Shown here in pieces: positions 62,917 through 64,000 of a stretch of 64,000 bases of DNA. Numbering within the stretch: position 1 is the first letter of the stretch; each line of letters starts with the position of its first letter. The translations under genes and the position numbers were made by a program. The notes under the pieces are model-generated. The model did not search any database and was not told the origin of the DNA. It saw nothing but the letters and a program-made list of their open reading frames with translations. The DNA is from an uncultured delta proteobacterium (GTDB lineage: Bacteria; Desulfobacterota; Binatia; UBA9968): NCBI GenBank assembly GCA_963847445.1, contig CAWJZV010000033.1, positions 32,001 through 96,000 on the forward strand, in the 5' to 3' direction.

Positions 62917-64000
62917 ATGGACGATGCCGAGTTACTAGACCTAAGCTTGACCGATCTCTCTTGGCTCATCGCCGCACGCAAGGTTTCGGCGGTGGAAGCA
63001 CTACAGGCGACGCTCACGCGACTCAAAGCTCTTGACGACAAACTCAACGCCTTTATCACCGTCTGCGCCGAATCGGCGCTCGCCGACGCCAAGAGAGCCG
63101 ATCAAGAGATTGCCGCCGGCAATTACCGCGGTCCGCTCCATGGCGTGCCGGTGAGCATCAAAGACATGTTCGAGATGAATGGCGTGCTCACCACCGGCGG
63201 CTCGAAAATCTTGCAAGATTGGGTGCCCGAGCGCGACTCGACGCTGGTCGAAAAGCTGCGCGCCGCCGGCGCGGTGATCTTCGGCAAGACCAATTTAGAC
63301 GAGTTCGGCCATGGCGGCACTTCGACACTGTCGCACTTCGGCCCGGTGCATAACCCGTGGAATTTGGACCGCATCGCCGGCGGATCGAGCGGCGGTTCGG
63401 CCGCTGCCGTCGCCGCGCGCATCGGCCCGCTGTCCTTCGGCACCGAGACCGGTTCATCGGTGCGCCGCCCGGCGTCCTACTGCGGCATCGTCGGCTTTAA
63501 ACCGACCTTCGGCATCATCAGCCGCCACGGCTCATTTCGCGGCGCCTGGAGCCAGGATCATGTCGGTTTGTTCGCCCGCACCGTCAAAGATATCGCGTTA
63601 GCGCTCGACCCGGTCGCCGGCTACGACGCGCGCGATCCGGCCAGCGTGCGGCAAGATTCTTCGGCCTACGCCGAGCGCTTGAATGAAAACGTCAAAGGAC
63701 TGCGCGTCGGCGTCTTGGGCAAATTTCTCGACGGCGTCGATGGCGCGGTGCGCGACGCGTTTTCTGCTTCGATCAAAGTCTTTACCGATACCGGTTGTGA
63801 AATAGTCGAACTCGATGTTCCGGAAATTAGCTACGCGGCGATGACTTCCATGCTCACCAGCTCGGCCGAGAGCGCCGGCATCAATCGCCGCTGGTTTCGC
63901 GAACGCGCCCAGGACTACGTGCCCCACGTCGCCCGCGGCATCGCCGTCGGCATGGCAATCACCGCGTCCGAATACTTGACCGCCCAGCGCGCTCGCCACC
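62917..64000 (+). CDS. Amidase signature family enzyme (partial, runs off window)
   Basis: Manual translation: GPLHGVPVSIKD, GKTNLDEF, NPW, GGSSGGS, GTETGSSVRRPA. Confidence 0.92.
   Translation, partial: MDDAELLDLSLTDLSWLIAARKVSAVEALQATLTRLKALDDKLNAFITVCAESALADAKRADQEIAAGNYRGPLHGVPVSIKDMFEMNGVLTTGGSKILQDWVPERDSTLVEKLRAAGAVIFGKTNLDEFGHGGTSTLSHFGPVHNPWNLDRIAGGSSGGSAAAVAARIGPLSFGTETGSSVRRPASYCGIVGFKPTFGIISRHGSFRGAWSQDHVGLFARTVKDIALALDPVAGYDARDPASVRQDSSAYAERLNENVKGLRVGVLGKFLDGVDGAVRDAFSASIKVFTDTGCEIVELDVPEISYAAMTSMLTSSAESAGINRRWFRERAQDYVPHVARGIAVGMAITASEYLTAQRARH

Noticed and set aside
62917-64000. Calling the amidase gatA and the small ORF gatC
   Set aside because: The motifs diverge from GatA (DEFGHG, GTETGSS), the small ORF lacks the GatC C-terminal motif, and the context is catabolic.

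Overview
GC-rich bacterial DNA. The gene content (many amidohydrolase_2 paralogs, many orphan solute-binding proteins, dense short palindromic intergenic repeats) resembles Candidatus Binatia/Deltaproteobacteria-type soil or sediment genomes; this is inferred, not tested. About half of the ~60 genes are split by apparent single-base indels, most likely uncorrected long-read errors, so many CDS boundaries are reconstructed by hand across frames. Main content: (i) catabolic genes for aromatic or heterocyclic compounds (7 amidohydrolases, 3-hydroxyanthranilate dioxygenase-like, gentisate-dioxygenase-like bicupin, dihydroxyphthalate decarboxylase-like, isochorismatases, VOC, amidase, ThDP enzyme); (ii) an Fe3+/polyamine-type ABC transporter plus 7 orphan binding proteins and a truncated one; (iii) a CecR-like TetR regulator with an RND efflux pump; (iv) FecR-OmpA converging on a STAS / RsbW-like kinase / MBL hydrolase / CHASE2-PP2C partner-switching operon with no sigma factor; (v) a desaturase / cNMP-binding / PqqD(RRE)-M50 operon in which HExxH reads HVTVH; (vi) a degraded RAYT transposase with GTAG-type REPs, plus several other palindromic repeat families that nest inside each other and apparently lie in-frame in signal-peptide n-regions. 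I found no rRNA, tRNA or CRISPR array.
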